A DNA stretch of 44,807 nucleotides from Candidatus Sumerlaeales bacterium. Lineage in GTDB: Bacteria > Sumerlaeota > Sumerlaeia > Sumerlaeales > Sumerlaeaceae. The notes beneath the pieces are model-generated. The model was not told where the DNA came from, made no database searches, and saw nothing but the letters and a program-made list of their open reading frames with translations. Shown here piece after piece: positions 1 through 9,200 of the stretch. The stretch lies in NCBI GenBank assembly GCA_038243585.1, contig JBBSQY010000027.1:1-44807 (forward strand). Reading direction: 5' to 3'. Both the position numbers and the translations under genes were made by a program. The stretch's first letter is position 1. The number at the start of each line of letters is the position of its first letter.

Positions 1-537
1 GGCTTCCTCGACCCCGCCATGGGAAAAATCACCACCCGCGACGGCGACTACGCCGCCATCGTCACCGTCGGCAAAGCCCCCGACAACACCCTCTACGTCG
101 TCGACGTCTGGATGGAAAAAACCTCACCCATGAACCAGGTCAAACAGATCTTCGCCCTCCACGACCGCTTCAAATACGAGAAGTTCGGCTTCGAATCCAA
201 CGGCTTCCAGGAAACCCTCGGCACCTTCATCCGCGACGAACAACTCAAACGCAAAACCGAAGGCGCCACATGGCACCTGCCCATCGAAAAGTTTCCCAAC
301 ACCCACAGCAAACACAGCCGCATCAGCCTGTTGGAGCCCCACATCCTCGCCGGCAGCATCCTGTTTCAGCAAACCCTGCGGCAGGAGTTCTTCGTCCAGG
401 CGGACGAATACAACGGCCGCCCCAATACGCACGACGATGGGCTGGACGCGCTGGCCAGTTGCGTGGAGATGATCCGCCGGACGCAAACTCTGCTGAACCC
501 GATTCGGAACATCAAGGGGCGGGCGAGGGTTTTTTGA
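1..537 (+). CDS. Phage terminase large subunit, C-terminal nuclease domain (5' truncated by window edge)
   Basis: Frame is open from base 1 (GFLDPAMGK...). It has the DPA...GDYAAIVTVG, GFESNGFQ, KHSRI..LEP and HDDGLDALA motifs typical of the RNase H-like terminase C-terminal domain. Confidence 0.8.
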   Translation, partial: GFLDPAMGKITTRDGDYAAIVTVGKAPDNTLYVVDVWMEKTSPMNQVKQIFALHDRFKYEKFGFESNGFQETLGTFIRDEQLKRKTEGATWHLPIEKFPNTHSKHSRISLLEPHILAGSILFQQTLRQEFFVQADEYNGRPNTHDDGLDALASCVEMIRRTQTLLNPIRNIKGRARVF

Positions 538-633
538 GACCAGGGGATAGGGTGATGCAGAGCGGCGTGGAGTTGGTTGTGGAATGGTTGCGTGGGTGCG
601 GTAGCTTCCGGGGTCAGGCTCCGCCTGGAGTTA

Positions 634-659
634 GGGCGGCGACAGGTCGCCGCACTCCA
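634..659 (-). repeat. REP-like palindrome, family C (GGAG foot)
   Basis: GCGGCGAC-AG-GTCGCCGC followed by ACTCCA. Near-identical copies at about 25936 and 33907. Confidence 0.85.
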
Positions 660-915
660 TGATGATTGCTTTGTTGGTGGGGTTTTTGTGGGTGTCGGTG
701 ATTCTATGGATGGGTTTGTATGGGATGGCCGGGGCGATTTCGCGCTCTGGATTAGGACTTTATTATCCGGGGTCTTATTTTAAACTCTTGTGGAAACCAC
801 GGATTATTTTGCGCTTTTGAACACTGCGATTGGGAATTTGCACTCTCTGATTCCATAAGCCCTTTTCGCATGAGGCAATTTTTGCTGACTAACCTACCCA
901 GGCAGGCTTCCGCAG

Positions 916-2325
916 TTGGTTTTTGATACCCCAGAATTCTTTATCTTTTTTGTTATCGTGTTGGGGCTCTATTATGTCCTGAACTTCCGGTGGCAGAATA
1001 TCCTGCTTGTGGCGTCGAGCTACTTTTTTTATGGGTGGTTTGACTGGCGTTTTTGCGGGTTGCTGGCGGTGTCGACGGTGCTGGACTGGTATTGCGGGCT
1101 GAAGATTCCGGGGCCGGGCGGGCGTCGATGGCTTTATGTGAGCGTGATTGGTCAGCTTTCGCTGCTGGGATTCTTTAAGTATTTTAACTTTTTCGAGGAG
1201 AATTTCGAGCGGCTTTTTCAGGCGATCGGCTTTAATGCGGATGGCTGGACGCTTCATGTGGTGCTGCCGCTGGGGATTTCGTTTTATACTTTTCAGACGC
1301 TGTCTTATACGATCGATGTGGGTCGGGGGCAGCTTAAGCCGGTGCGGAACCTGATGGATTTCGCGGTGTTTGTTTCGTTCTGGCCGCACCTGGTGGCGGG
1401 GCCTATTCTTCGGGCGTCTTATATGTTGCCCCAGGTGCTGGCACCTCGGCGGGTGGATACCCGAATGTGGGCGGAGGGCACGTATTTCGTTCTGGTGGGG
1501 CTGGTGAAAAAGGTGGCGGTGGCGGATGTGATCGCCAGTTGGATTGAGGCGCCCGTTAATAATCCGGCGGATTACTCTAGCTGGACGCTGCTGCTGGTGG
1601 CTTATATGTTTGCCATTCGGATTTACTGCGATTTCGCGGGTTATACGGATATTGCCCGGGGGGTGTCGCTTTTCATGGGGTTTCGCCTGCAGGAGAATTT
1701 CATGTGGCCGTATTTCGCGGTGGGGATCGCGGATTTCTGGCGGCGGTGGCATATCTCGCTGGCGAGCTGGCTTCGGGATTATCTGTATTTTCCGCTGGGG
1801 GGAAGCCGGGGGGGGATCTGGAAGACGTATCGTAACCTGATTATTACTTTTACGCTGTGCGGATTATGGCATAAGCCGACGTGGAATTTTATCGTCTGGG
1901 GGTTTCTGAACGGTGTGCTGCTGTGCGTGGGGAAGGCCATATCCCCCTGGTACAGGGTGTTTCTGGAGGCGACCAAACGGACGGGGCTTTACATGGCTGC
2001 GATGTTTGTGCTGGGTCTGCTGACTTTCCATATGCTGATTCTCACGCAGATCGTGGCGATTATTCCGGGTATGGATCGGACGGTGGATTTCTATCGTCGC
2101 CTGTTGGAGTTTACGTGGTCGCCGGAGCCGGACAGGGGGCGCCTGGTGCTGTATGCGATGGGGGTGATGCTGCTTATCGATGTGCCGGAGTTTCTCCATG
2201 GGCGTCATACGTGGATCGTGGACAAGCCGGTGCTGCTTCGCGCCGCGGTGTATGCCGCCTTTATCGTCCTGCTCGTGCTTACGTGGACGAAGGATTATCA
2301 GCCGTTTTTTTACTTTCAGTTCTAA
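916..2325 (+). CDS. MBOAT family O-acyltransferase (AlgI/PatA/DltB-like)
   Basis: LPLGISFYTFQTLSY, VAGPILRA, YCDFAGYTDIARG, FWRRWHISLASWLRDYLY and LCGLWH motifs; multiple TM segments. Confidence 0.95.
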   Translation: MVFDTPEFFIFFVIVLGLYYVLNFRWQNILLVASSYFFYGWFDWRFCGLLAVSTVLDWYCGLKIPGPGGRRWLYVSVIGQLSLLGFFKYFNFFEENFERLFQAIGFNADGWTLHVVLPLGISFYTFQTLSYTIDVGRGQLKPVRNLMDFAVFVSFWPHLVAGPILRASYMLPQVLAPRRVDTRMWAEGTYFVLVGLVKKVAVADVIASWIEAPVNNPADYSSWTLLLVAYMFAIRIYCDFAGYTDIARGVSLFMGFRLQENFMWPYFAVGIADFWRRWHISLASWLRDYLYFPLGGSRGGIWKTYRNLIITFTLCGLWHKPTWNFIVWGFLNGVLLCVGKAISPWYRVFLEATKRTGLYMAAMFVLGLLTFHMLILTQIVAIIPGMDRTVDFYRRLLEFTWSPEPDRGRLVLYAMGVMLLIDVPEFLHGRHTWIVDKPVLLRAAVYAAFIVLLVLTWTKDYQPFFYFQF

Positions 2326-2352
2326 TCCCGCAAGGATAGCGAGTCTATTTCA

Positions 2353-3885
2353 GTGTTCAGCTTCGATACTCTTCATATCAGTTTCCGACGGATCATTCCG
2401 ACGCTCGTGATTACCGCAGGGCTTTTGCTGGCATTGGAGGTGGTGTTTCGGGCGGGCAACTGGTTTTACACCTATGAGGGGTGGGAGAGCCCGGGCCTGA
2501 TGAAGAAGATGGAGCAGGCGGAGAAGCTGTTTCAGGCGGAGGGGCGGATCGACCTGGTGACCATGAGCACGTCGGTGGGGAGGTCCTGGGATGTGCGCCA
2601 GTGGGAAGAGGCGACGGGCGGGGGCATCGTGGCCTATAATTTCGGGTTCCCGGATCAGCGCCCGGAGCGGCAGTATTTTCTGTTCAAGAATCATATTTTT
2701 CCGAAGTACCATCCGACTCATATCATTTATGGGATCGGGGCGGGGGATGTGAACTCGAACATCCACGGGATGAAACCGGATCGGCCTCGGCAGGGACCGT
2801 TCTGGAGGAATGGAAGGATTCGGGCTTTGGCGGCCAAGACGCTGTTGGAAAAAGCTACGGTGAAACTGGAGGACTGGAGCGTCATGTTTCGGTCGCGGCA
2901 GCGGGCGCGGTTTACTTTGCAGCATGGGCCGATGTGGATGCTGGAGGAGGATCCGACGATCGGGCGGGGCGTGCTTGCGCCAACGGTGCGCCGGCAGGCG
3001 TTTGGGCCAATGGAGTCTTCCTGGGGATTACTTCCAGAGGGGCTTCCAAATAATAATTACCACGATTACTGGGTGCCGGACGATGGCGAAATCGGGGAGC
3101 TCCTTAAGCTGTCGGAGTTTTGCGAGAAGCATGGCATCAAGCTGGCGATTGTGGAAATTCCGGCATCGCCGTATGCTCATACGAATTTTGACGATCCCGA
3201 AAAGGATTACTGGCGCTTTACGAATGCGCTGGATCACCTGGCGGCTAATGGGGCGTGGGTTCTTCCGATGGCGTGGGATCTGAAACTGGACAACACTTAT
3301 TTTGAGGATCAGGCGCATCTGAACCGTTGGGGCGGCCAGATGGTGACGGATTATGTTTACCGGAAAGTGATTCGGAAGTGGTACCCGGAGCAGGCGGCGA
3401 CGACGGCGGCGGCGTTGCCGGAGCCGGCGGAGGTGTGGTTTGAGGATCTGGTGACGACGGGCGGCGAGGGCGTTGCTGTCGAACGGCGGTACGTGGTGTC
3501 GGCGGACGCGCAGTATGCGGCGGCGCGGCAGGTGGTTGTTACGGCGGCGGTGGATATTACGCTGAGCGCGTCGGTGTCGCAGGGGAGTTATGCTGTGGAG
3601 ATCTATGGGGGGGACGGCTCAACAACGGAGCCGCTGCGTTCGGGAGATGCAAAGGTGGAATTGGCTGCGGTGGGGCCTGACGGTGAGGTATCGGCCAGGC
3701 TGCCCCTGGATAAATGGATTCTTTCGCGTATCGGCGTGACTTATACGCAGGCGTATTTTACTGTTCCCACTACGGGCGCGCTTGTGCTGCGGGTTCTGGA
3801 TGCGGGGAAGCGTCCGCTGGTGCTGGATTCGGCGTTTGTACGGAGACGGCTTACGAGTTCAAGCGACGCGATTATTGTGGAGTAA
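2353..3885 (+). CDS. SGNH/DltD-like periplasmic acyltransferase partner of the MBOAT, with extra C-terminal beta-rich domain
   Basis: N-terminal TM anchor, Ser motif (TMSTSVG), AYNFG and YFEDQAHLN (DxxH); directly downstream of the MBOAT gene. Confidence 0.7.
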   Translation: MFSFDTLHISFRRIIPTLVITAGLLLALEVVFRAGNWFYTYEGWESPGLMKKMEQAEKLFQAEGRIDLVTMSTSVGRSWDVRQWEEATGGGIVAYNFGFPDQRPERQYFLFKNHIFPKYHPTHIIYGIGAGDVNSNIHGMKPDRPRQGPFWRNGRIRALAAKTLLEKATVKLEDWSVMFRSRQRARFTLQHGPMWMLEEDPTIGRGVLAPTVRRQAFGPMESSWGLLPEGLPNNNYHDYWVPDDGEIGELLKLSEFCEKHGIKLAIVEIPASPYAHTNFDDPEKDYWRFTNALDHLAANGAWVLPMAWDLKLDNTYFEDQAHLNRWGGQMVTDYVYRKVIRKWYPEQAATTAAALPEPAEVWFEDLVTTGGEGVAVERRYVVSADAQYAAARQVVVTAAVDITLSASVSQGSYAVEIYGGDGSTTEPLRSGDAKVELAAVGPDGEVSARLPLDKWILSRIGVTYTQAYFTVPTTGALVLRVLDAGKRPLVLDSAFVRRRLTSSSDAIIVE

Positions 3886-3891
3886 ATATCG

Positions 3892-4353
3892 ATGACCGGT
3901 ATGGACAAACCTGAGTATGTGGTGCGATTTGTGGAATGGAATTCTCCCGAAGCGGAAACGCTGAAGCGAATTAGGTTTCGCGTTTTTGTGGACGAGCAGA
4001 AAGTTCCTGCGGACCTGGAGTTGGATGAGACGGACTGTGTCGCGCTGCATGTGCTGGCGGAGAACGGGGCGGGGGATCCGTGTGGCACGGGACGGTTGTT
4101 TCCGGATCTGGACAAGGCGGAGCAGGCAAAAATTGGACGAATGGCGGTGCTGAAGGAGCACCGCGGCTCGGGCTGCGGCGCGGCGGTGTTAATTGCGCTT
4201 GTTGATGAGGCCCGGAACGCAGGGTATCAGTCGGTAGTGCTGTCGGCTCAATTGCACGCGGTGCCGTTTTACCAGCGGTTCGGTTTCGACTCCGTAGGAC
4301 CGCTTTATGATGACGCAGGGATCCCTCATCAGGCGATGATCCTGAGGTTTTGA
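3892..4353 (+). CDS. GNAT N-acetyltransferase (ElaA/YjcF-like)
   Basis: RFRVFVDEQ, IGRMAVLKEHRGSGCG, LSAQLHAVPFYQRFGF and DAGIPH motifs. Confidence 0.92.
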   Translation: MTGMDKPEYVVRFVEWNSPEAETLKRIRFRVFVDEQKVPADLELDETDCVALHVLAENGAGDPCGTGRLFPDLDKAEQAKIGRMAVLKEHRGSGCGAAVLIALVDEARNAGYQSVVLSAQLHAVPFYQRFGFDSVGPLYDDAGIPHQAMILRF

Positions 4354-4572
4354 AAGTGGGCGCGGGGCAATTAACTTTGTGTTTCCAGAGTTGGATTGGT
4401 ATCGGGCTAAAGCAGTCAGAAAGCCGCGCTAAACCCGGCGACTCTCAGACGATATCGCCTGTTTACCAAAGGAAATTCGTCGGTTGCTTGCATGGGATTT
4501 TTCTGATTCTGATATTGGCTGATAAGTCGCTTTACGTATTGGTGAGTGAGGCTTTGCCAGCGGTGCTGGAAG

Positions 4573-5697
4573 CTATTTTTTGGATTTGAAACCAGCCAAA
4601 ATTCCCTGGGCGGCGGCGGCGACTCCTACTATGATTCCTGCAGCTTTGCCTATCGGATTAGGTTTTTCTTCTAGTTCGGATATCGCAGCAGGGGCGGCTA
4701 CGGTTTCCTTCGCAGAGCGCGGGTTGTAGGCGGCGCCTGCTGGCAGTTTGTCAGTTTCCAAGATCGACAGAGTCTTTTCTCCGGGCTCCTGGTCTGGTGC
4801 CTCCTTCGCCTTCACTGTCTTTTTTACACGACCCTTCCACGCCCCGTAGTTGCGGGAATACACCTGCGTGAGTTCAGCACCAAAAAAGACGATTTGGGCC
4901 GAATAGTAGATCCAGACCAGCAACACGACGAACGATCCAGCTGCACCGTAGGTTGATGCCATGCTGCTTTTGGCGAGATATAGACCCAGGGCGAATTTGC
5001 CGAGGGTAAATAAAATCGCTGTCAGCGCCGCGCCAAGCCAGACGTCGCGCCATGGCAGCTCTATATCTGGTAGAAATTTAAAGATCATGGCGAAGAGGGT
5101 GGTGACAACGGCGAAGGATACGACAATGTTCAGGATCTGAAGCAGAGGTCCCAAGGCTCCGGAGCCGCCAATGTATGTACCGAAGGCAGAGAGGATCGTG
5201 CTGATGACGAGAGACGCCAGCAATATAAAGCCGACGCCCAGGACCAGACCAAAGGATAAAAAACGATCTTTAATGAAGCCCATTATCCCGCCGCTGGATT
5301 CTTTTTCGGGCACGTCCCATACAGTATTCATGGCGTCTTTGAGCTGGACGAACACGCCGGAAGCGCCAAAAAGAAGCAGTAGCGAACTGATGATGGTGGC
5401 GAATATACCCTGACCCTTTTCCTCGTTAGCTCCCGCTATCATGGATTGAATGGCCTCTGCCCCCTGCTCGCCGACAATGCCGCCGATCTGACCTTGTATG
5501 CCTCCGGAAGCCGCTTCGTCTCCAAACACAAAACCGACAATGGCGATGGTAATGAGTAAGAGCGGCGCAATGGAAAATACCGTGTAGTAGGCGAGGGCGG
5601 CGCCGAGACGGGAAGCTTTATCGTCGGACCACTCGCGGGCGGCTTCCATTACGAGATCTTTGACGGTTTTGAAGGTTAACGGCATTTTTTGCTCCAA
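4573..5697 (-). CDS. YihY/virulence factor BrkB family membrane protein
   Basis: LGAALAYYTVFSIAPLL and STYGAAGSFVVLLVWIYYSAQIVFFGAE motifs. Start could be 5685. Confidence 0.93.
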   Translation of the reverse strand: MEQKMPLTFKTVKDLVMEAAREWSDDKASRLGAALAYYTVFSIAPLLLITIAIVGFVFGDEAASGGIQGQIGGIVGEQGAEAIQSMIAGANEEKGQGIFATIISSLLLLFGASGVFVQLKDAMNTVWDVPEKESSGGIMGFIKDRFLSFGLVLGVGFILLASLVISTILSAFGTYIGGSGALGPLLQILNIVVSFAVVTTLFAMIFKFLPDIELPWRDVWLGAALTAILFTLGKFALGLYLAKSSMASTYGAAGSFVVLLVWIYYSAQIVFFGAELTQVYSRNYGAWKGRVKKTVKAKEAPDQEPGEKTLSILETDKLPAGAAYNPRSAKETVAAPAAISELEEKPNPIGKAAGIIVGVAAAAQGILAGFKSKK

Positions 5698-5718
5698 CGA
5701 AATAGGTAGCCTTCGTAT

Positions 5719-5734
5719 TACAAATGCCGTGCCA
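5719..5734 (-). promoter_or_regulatory. Putative sigma-54 (-24/-12) promoter for the yihY-like gene
   Basis: Minus strand TGGCACGGCATTTGTA: perfect -24 box, GG-N10 spacing, -12 box TTGT (one mismatch). Confidence 0.55.
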
Positions 5735-5846
5735 GTTTAGATTTGGAGTTGACGGAGCGAATAACGGACGGCGGTGCATACGCGGAGTTGTGATTAGTAT
5801 TCTGGGTAGGCTCCGGCTTTTAACGGGGAGTCAAATTTATTATGAA

Positions 5847-7019
5847 ATGACTACGATCTTGAACTTTAAACTTATTAACGCTGCGTTTGTGTTGGGCGTA
5901 TTCTTTATTTTATCTCCATCCGCAAATGCGGCTGACGAACCGGCAGAGGAGAAATCCAGCAAGTCGGACGGAGCTGCAAAAACTGAAAAACATGACGCAT
6001 TTACAAGTTCAGTAATGGAAACACAGGTCTTGCTCGATCGGCTCTTGTTTTCTCCCGGAGCAATTGACGGCCTTAAAGGTCGGAACGCCGATTTCGCGCT
6101 GAAAGCTTTTCAGGAGGCGAACGATTTAGATGTTTCTGGCGAAATGGACGATAAGACCAGCGAGACCCTGCGCAATGCGGCCCAGGTGGACGGCTTCCTA
6201 CAGAGCTATACTTTAACCGAAGCCGATTTGGACAGCCAGTTTCTTGAATCTATTCCGGAGGATATGGGGAAGAGTGCGGAGCTCGATGCGCTGTCTTATG
6301 GTTCGGTTCAGGAAATGATCGCGGAGCGGTTTCATACGACTGCGGATTCACTGAAATACCTGAATCCAGGCGCGGAGTGGAAGACCGGGGATGTGCTTCA
6401 GGTTCCGAATGTGTTTCCAACTGAAATCAGCAACGTACCGCCCGGATCTAAGGCTGAATCGACGGAGACGGCTGAGAAGAATGACGATGACCAGACAAAG
6501 GATGAAGCGGCTGGCACAGATGACAAAGCAACGACTGATGGCGCTGAGCGACGGCCTTCGGGGCTTAAAAGTAAGCCAGAAGGACCTGTGACCATATTCG
6601 TTTCAAAACAAGACACCTACTTGAGGGTGTGGGATAAGGACGGCAAAATCCTGTTCCATGCTCCGGTATCGGCGGGCAGCGAACATGACCCGCTGCCGTT
6701 GGGGGACTGGAAAGTCAATGGGACGGAGAAGTATCCGAAATATAACTATAACCCGGACCTTTTCTGGGATGCGGACGAATCTGATAAAAAAGCAAAGGTT
6801 CCCGCTGGACCGAACAACCCGGTCGGGGTTGCATGGGTTGATATTACAAAGCCTCATTATGGACTTCATGGCACGCCGAACCCGGAGAAAATCGGTTATA
6901 CAGAAAGCCATGGCTGCGTTAGGCTGACAAACTGGGATGTGTTGCGGTTGGCAGATATGGTGAAACCGGGCACAAACGTTGAATTTCGCGAGAAGGCTGA
7001 AGAGAAGAAGAAACAGTAA
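5847..7019 (+). CDS. L,D-transpeptidase (YkuD family) with peptidoglycan-binding domain
   Basis: Signal peptide from Met at 5847; SPGAIDG..G PG-binding motif; GPNNPVG and YGLHGT...SHGCVRL catalytic motifs. Confidence 0.93.
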   Translation: MTTILNFKLINAAFVLGVFFILSPSANAADEPAEEKSSKSDGAAKTEKHDAFTSSVMETQVLLDRLLFSPGAIDGLKGRNADFALKAFQEANDLDVSGEMDDKTSETLRNAAQVDGFLQSYTLTEADLDSQFLESIPEDMGKSAELDALSYGSVQEMIAERFHTTADSLKYLNPGAEWKTGDVLQVPNVFPTEISNVPPGSKAESTETAEKNDDDQTKDEAAGTDDKATTDGAERRPSGLKSKPEGPVTIFVSKQDTYLRVWDKDGKILFHAPVSAGSEHDPLPLGDWKVNGTEKYPKYNYNPDLFWDADESDKKAKVPAGPNNPVGVAWVDITKPHYGLHGTPNPEKIGYTESHGCVRLTNWDVLRLADMVKPGTNVEFREKAEEKKKQ

Positions 7020-7206
7020 ACGTTGCTGCGCCGGGGCCCTCAACCGAGCAGGGCTCTGGCGAACAACGGGCCGAGATGGCCGCGTGGAAGTGCGGGTGTG
7101 GGCTGCGTTAGCGGCCAGGGATTTGCACACCCGGGAGCGGGCAACGGAAATAATCCGTAGACTTCCCGTTGCATAACAACGCGTCCGCATCATATCATTG
7201 GCGGAT

Positions 7207-7866
7207 ATGGATAACTTTAATTACGACGTCTTTCTGATATTTCCGATTGTGCTGTTCAGCCTGTCGGTGCATGAGTGTGCCCATGCGTTGGTGGCCTGGT
7301 GGGGCGGCGACGACACGGCGCGGTTGCAGGGTCGAATTACGCTTAACCCGATTTCGCATATTGATATATTTGGAACGATCATCATCCCGATTATCGCGGC
7401 CATTTCATCGCTGCCGCTGATCGGGTGGGCCAAGCCGGTTCCTGTGAATTTGAGCCGCCTGGAGAAGCCGTGGTGGGATGTGCTGGTGACGCTGGCGGGG
7501 CCGGGCTCAAATCTGTTGCTGGCGCTCCTGGCTACGCTGATTATGAAGTTCGCCCTGCTGTTTTTCGATCCTGCAACGGCGCACCCGGTTGTTTTTAACT
7601 TTGCCTATTATTTTATCGTCGTGAACGTGAGCCTGGCGATCTTTAATATGATTCCTGTGCCGCCGCTGGATGGTAGCCGGATATTGTTTCACTATGTCAT
7701 AAGCGGTCGGCCGAAACTGTACCCGGCGTGGGAAATGGCTGAACGTTTTTCTATAGTGTTCTTGTACTTGATTATAAGCATTCCAGGGACAAGCAGACTG
7801 CTATGGAGCACGGTAAACGGGCTTTCCAGTCCGATGCTGATGTTTATTGGTTTAAAGGATACCTGA
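7207..7866 (+). CDS. Site-2 protease (peptidase M50)
   Basis: HECAH zinc motif, LAGPGSN and FNMIPVPPLDG. Typical position upstream of trpS. Confidence 0.95.
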   Translation: MDNFNYDVFLIFPIVLFSLSVHECAHALVAWWGGDDTARLQGRITLNPISHIDIFGTIIIPIIAAISSLPLIGWAKPVPVNLSRLEKPWWDVLVTLAGPGSNLLLALLATLIMKFALLFFDPATAHPVVFNFAYYFIVVNVSLAIFNMIPVPPLDGSRILFHYVISGRPKLYPAWEMAERFSIVFLYLIISIPGTSRLLWSTVNGLSSPMLMFIGLKDT

Positions 7867-8915
7867 TGCGCATATTAAGTGGAATGCGTTCGACGGGGCG
7901 TCTCCATGTGGGGCACTACCTGGGCGCTTTGAAGAATTGGATCAGCCTGCAGGAAGCGGGTAACGAGTGCTTCTTCATGGTGGCGGATTGGCACGCGCTT
8001 ACGAGCGATTACGCGGATCCGTCGCGGCTGGGCGAGAATATGCGCGAGAGCGTGCTGGCGTGGTTGGCGGCAGGGCTTGATCCGGAACGGAGCACGATCT
8101 TCGTTCAATCTCATGTGAAGGAACATGCGGAGCTGGCTTTGTTGCTGGGAATGTTTACGCCGCTGACCTGGCTGGAGCGCAATCCCACTTATAAGGATCA
8201 GGTTGTGCAACTGGCCAATAAGGATGTGCAGACTTATGGCTTCCTGGGGTACCCGGTGTTGCAGGCGGCGGATATCCTGATCTACCGGGCGGAGGCTGTG
8301 CCGGTGGGGGAGGATCAATTGCCGCATCTTGAACTGACGCGGGAGATCGCGCGGCGGGTGAATTTCATACATGGCGGGCCTATCGAGGCTGGTACGAACC
8401 GTCCGCTGAACCCGATTTTTCCGGAACCGGATCCGCTGCTCAGCCCCGTGCCCAAGCTGCTGGGGCTGGATGGTCGGAAGATGAGCAAGAGCTATGATAA
8501 TGGCATCTATTTAAACGATGCACCGGATGTGATTGAGAAAAAAGTCAAGGGTATGCTGTCGGATACGGAACGGGTTCGGAAGAGTGATCCGGGACATCCG
8601 GAAAACTGTACGGTGTGCGGCTATCAGACGATCTTTAACGCAGCGAAGGCGGCGGAGCTGCATGAAGGTTGCCGTTCGGCGACCATCGGATGCTTTGACA
8701 ACAAGCGGGAACTGGCCGCGGCGCTGAATGAAATGCTGGAACCAATGCGGGAGCGCAGGGCCTATTATGAAGCTCGTCCGGATGAGGTGATTGCTATTAT
8801 TGAGGCGGGAAATAAGCGGGCACGGGAAGAGGCGCAGAAGACTATGGCCGTGTTGCGAGAGCGATTGAGTCTTGTGGAAACGGTTCAACAGATATTTGGT
8901 TTGTCCCACAGTTAA
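7866..8915 (+). CDS. trpS: Tryptophanyl-tRNA synthetase
   Basis: LSGMRSTGRLHVGH (HIGH), YPVLQAADIL, VPVGEDQ and KMSKS. ATG overlaps the upstream TGA. Confidence 0.97.
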   Translation: MRILSGMRSTGRLHVGHYLGALKNWISLQEAGNECFFMVADWHALTSDYADPSRLGENMRESVLAWLAAGLDPERSTIFVQSHVKEHAELALLLGMFTPLTWLERNPTYKDQVVQLANKDVQTYGFLGYPVLQAADILIYRAEAVPVGEDQLPHLELTREIARRVNFIHGGPIEAGTNRPLNPIFPEPDPLLSPVPKLLGLDGRKMSKSYDNGIYLNDAPDVIEKKVKGMLSDTERVRKSDPGHPENCTVCGYQTIFNAAKAAELHEGCRSATIGCFDNKRELAAALNEMLEPMRERRAYYEARPDEVIAIIEAGNKRAREEAQKTMAVLRERLSLVETVQQIFGLSHS

Positions 8916-8960
8916 GGCTAAAATGATTGCGGTTATTGCGCGACGGAAAGGTTTTTTTTG

Positions 8961-9188
8961 ATGCCTGATGGACGTTCATCGATTGATGATATTATCCAGA
9001 TTTATAAGTTGGATGTAGATGTTTCGCTGTTAAGGGAAAACCTGAAGTTAACTCCTGACGAACGCTTGCGGAACACGGCCAGATATGCAAATTTTGTTTT
9101 GCAAGCCAGGGAGGCCGGGGCGAAGCTCAGGAATAAGTCGAATGTGCCGAATAGTGATGTTAAGTCACTCCCGCCCGCAGATAGATAA
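8961..9188 (+). CDS. Small hypothetical protein (DVSLLRENLKLTPDERL type, often found next to nucleotidyltransferase genes)
   Basis: 75-aa ORF filling the trpS-scpA gap, with a recognisable short motif. Confidence 0.6.
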   Translation: MPDGRSSIDDIIQIYKLDVDVSLLRENLKLTPDERLRNTARYANFVLQAREAGAKLRNKSNVPNSDVKSLPPADR

Positions 9189-9200
9189 GCTGGCGCTGTT

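Noticed and set aside
889..1752. Long antisense ORFs (e.g. 889-1752, 9165-10046, 39315-40196)
   Set aside because: They are shadows of confidently identified genes on the opposite strand and carry no family motifs.
7021..7200. T-box leader for trpS
   Set aside because: No T-box consensus (GGTGGNACCGCG) or specifier stem is visible, and another gene intervenes.
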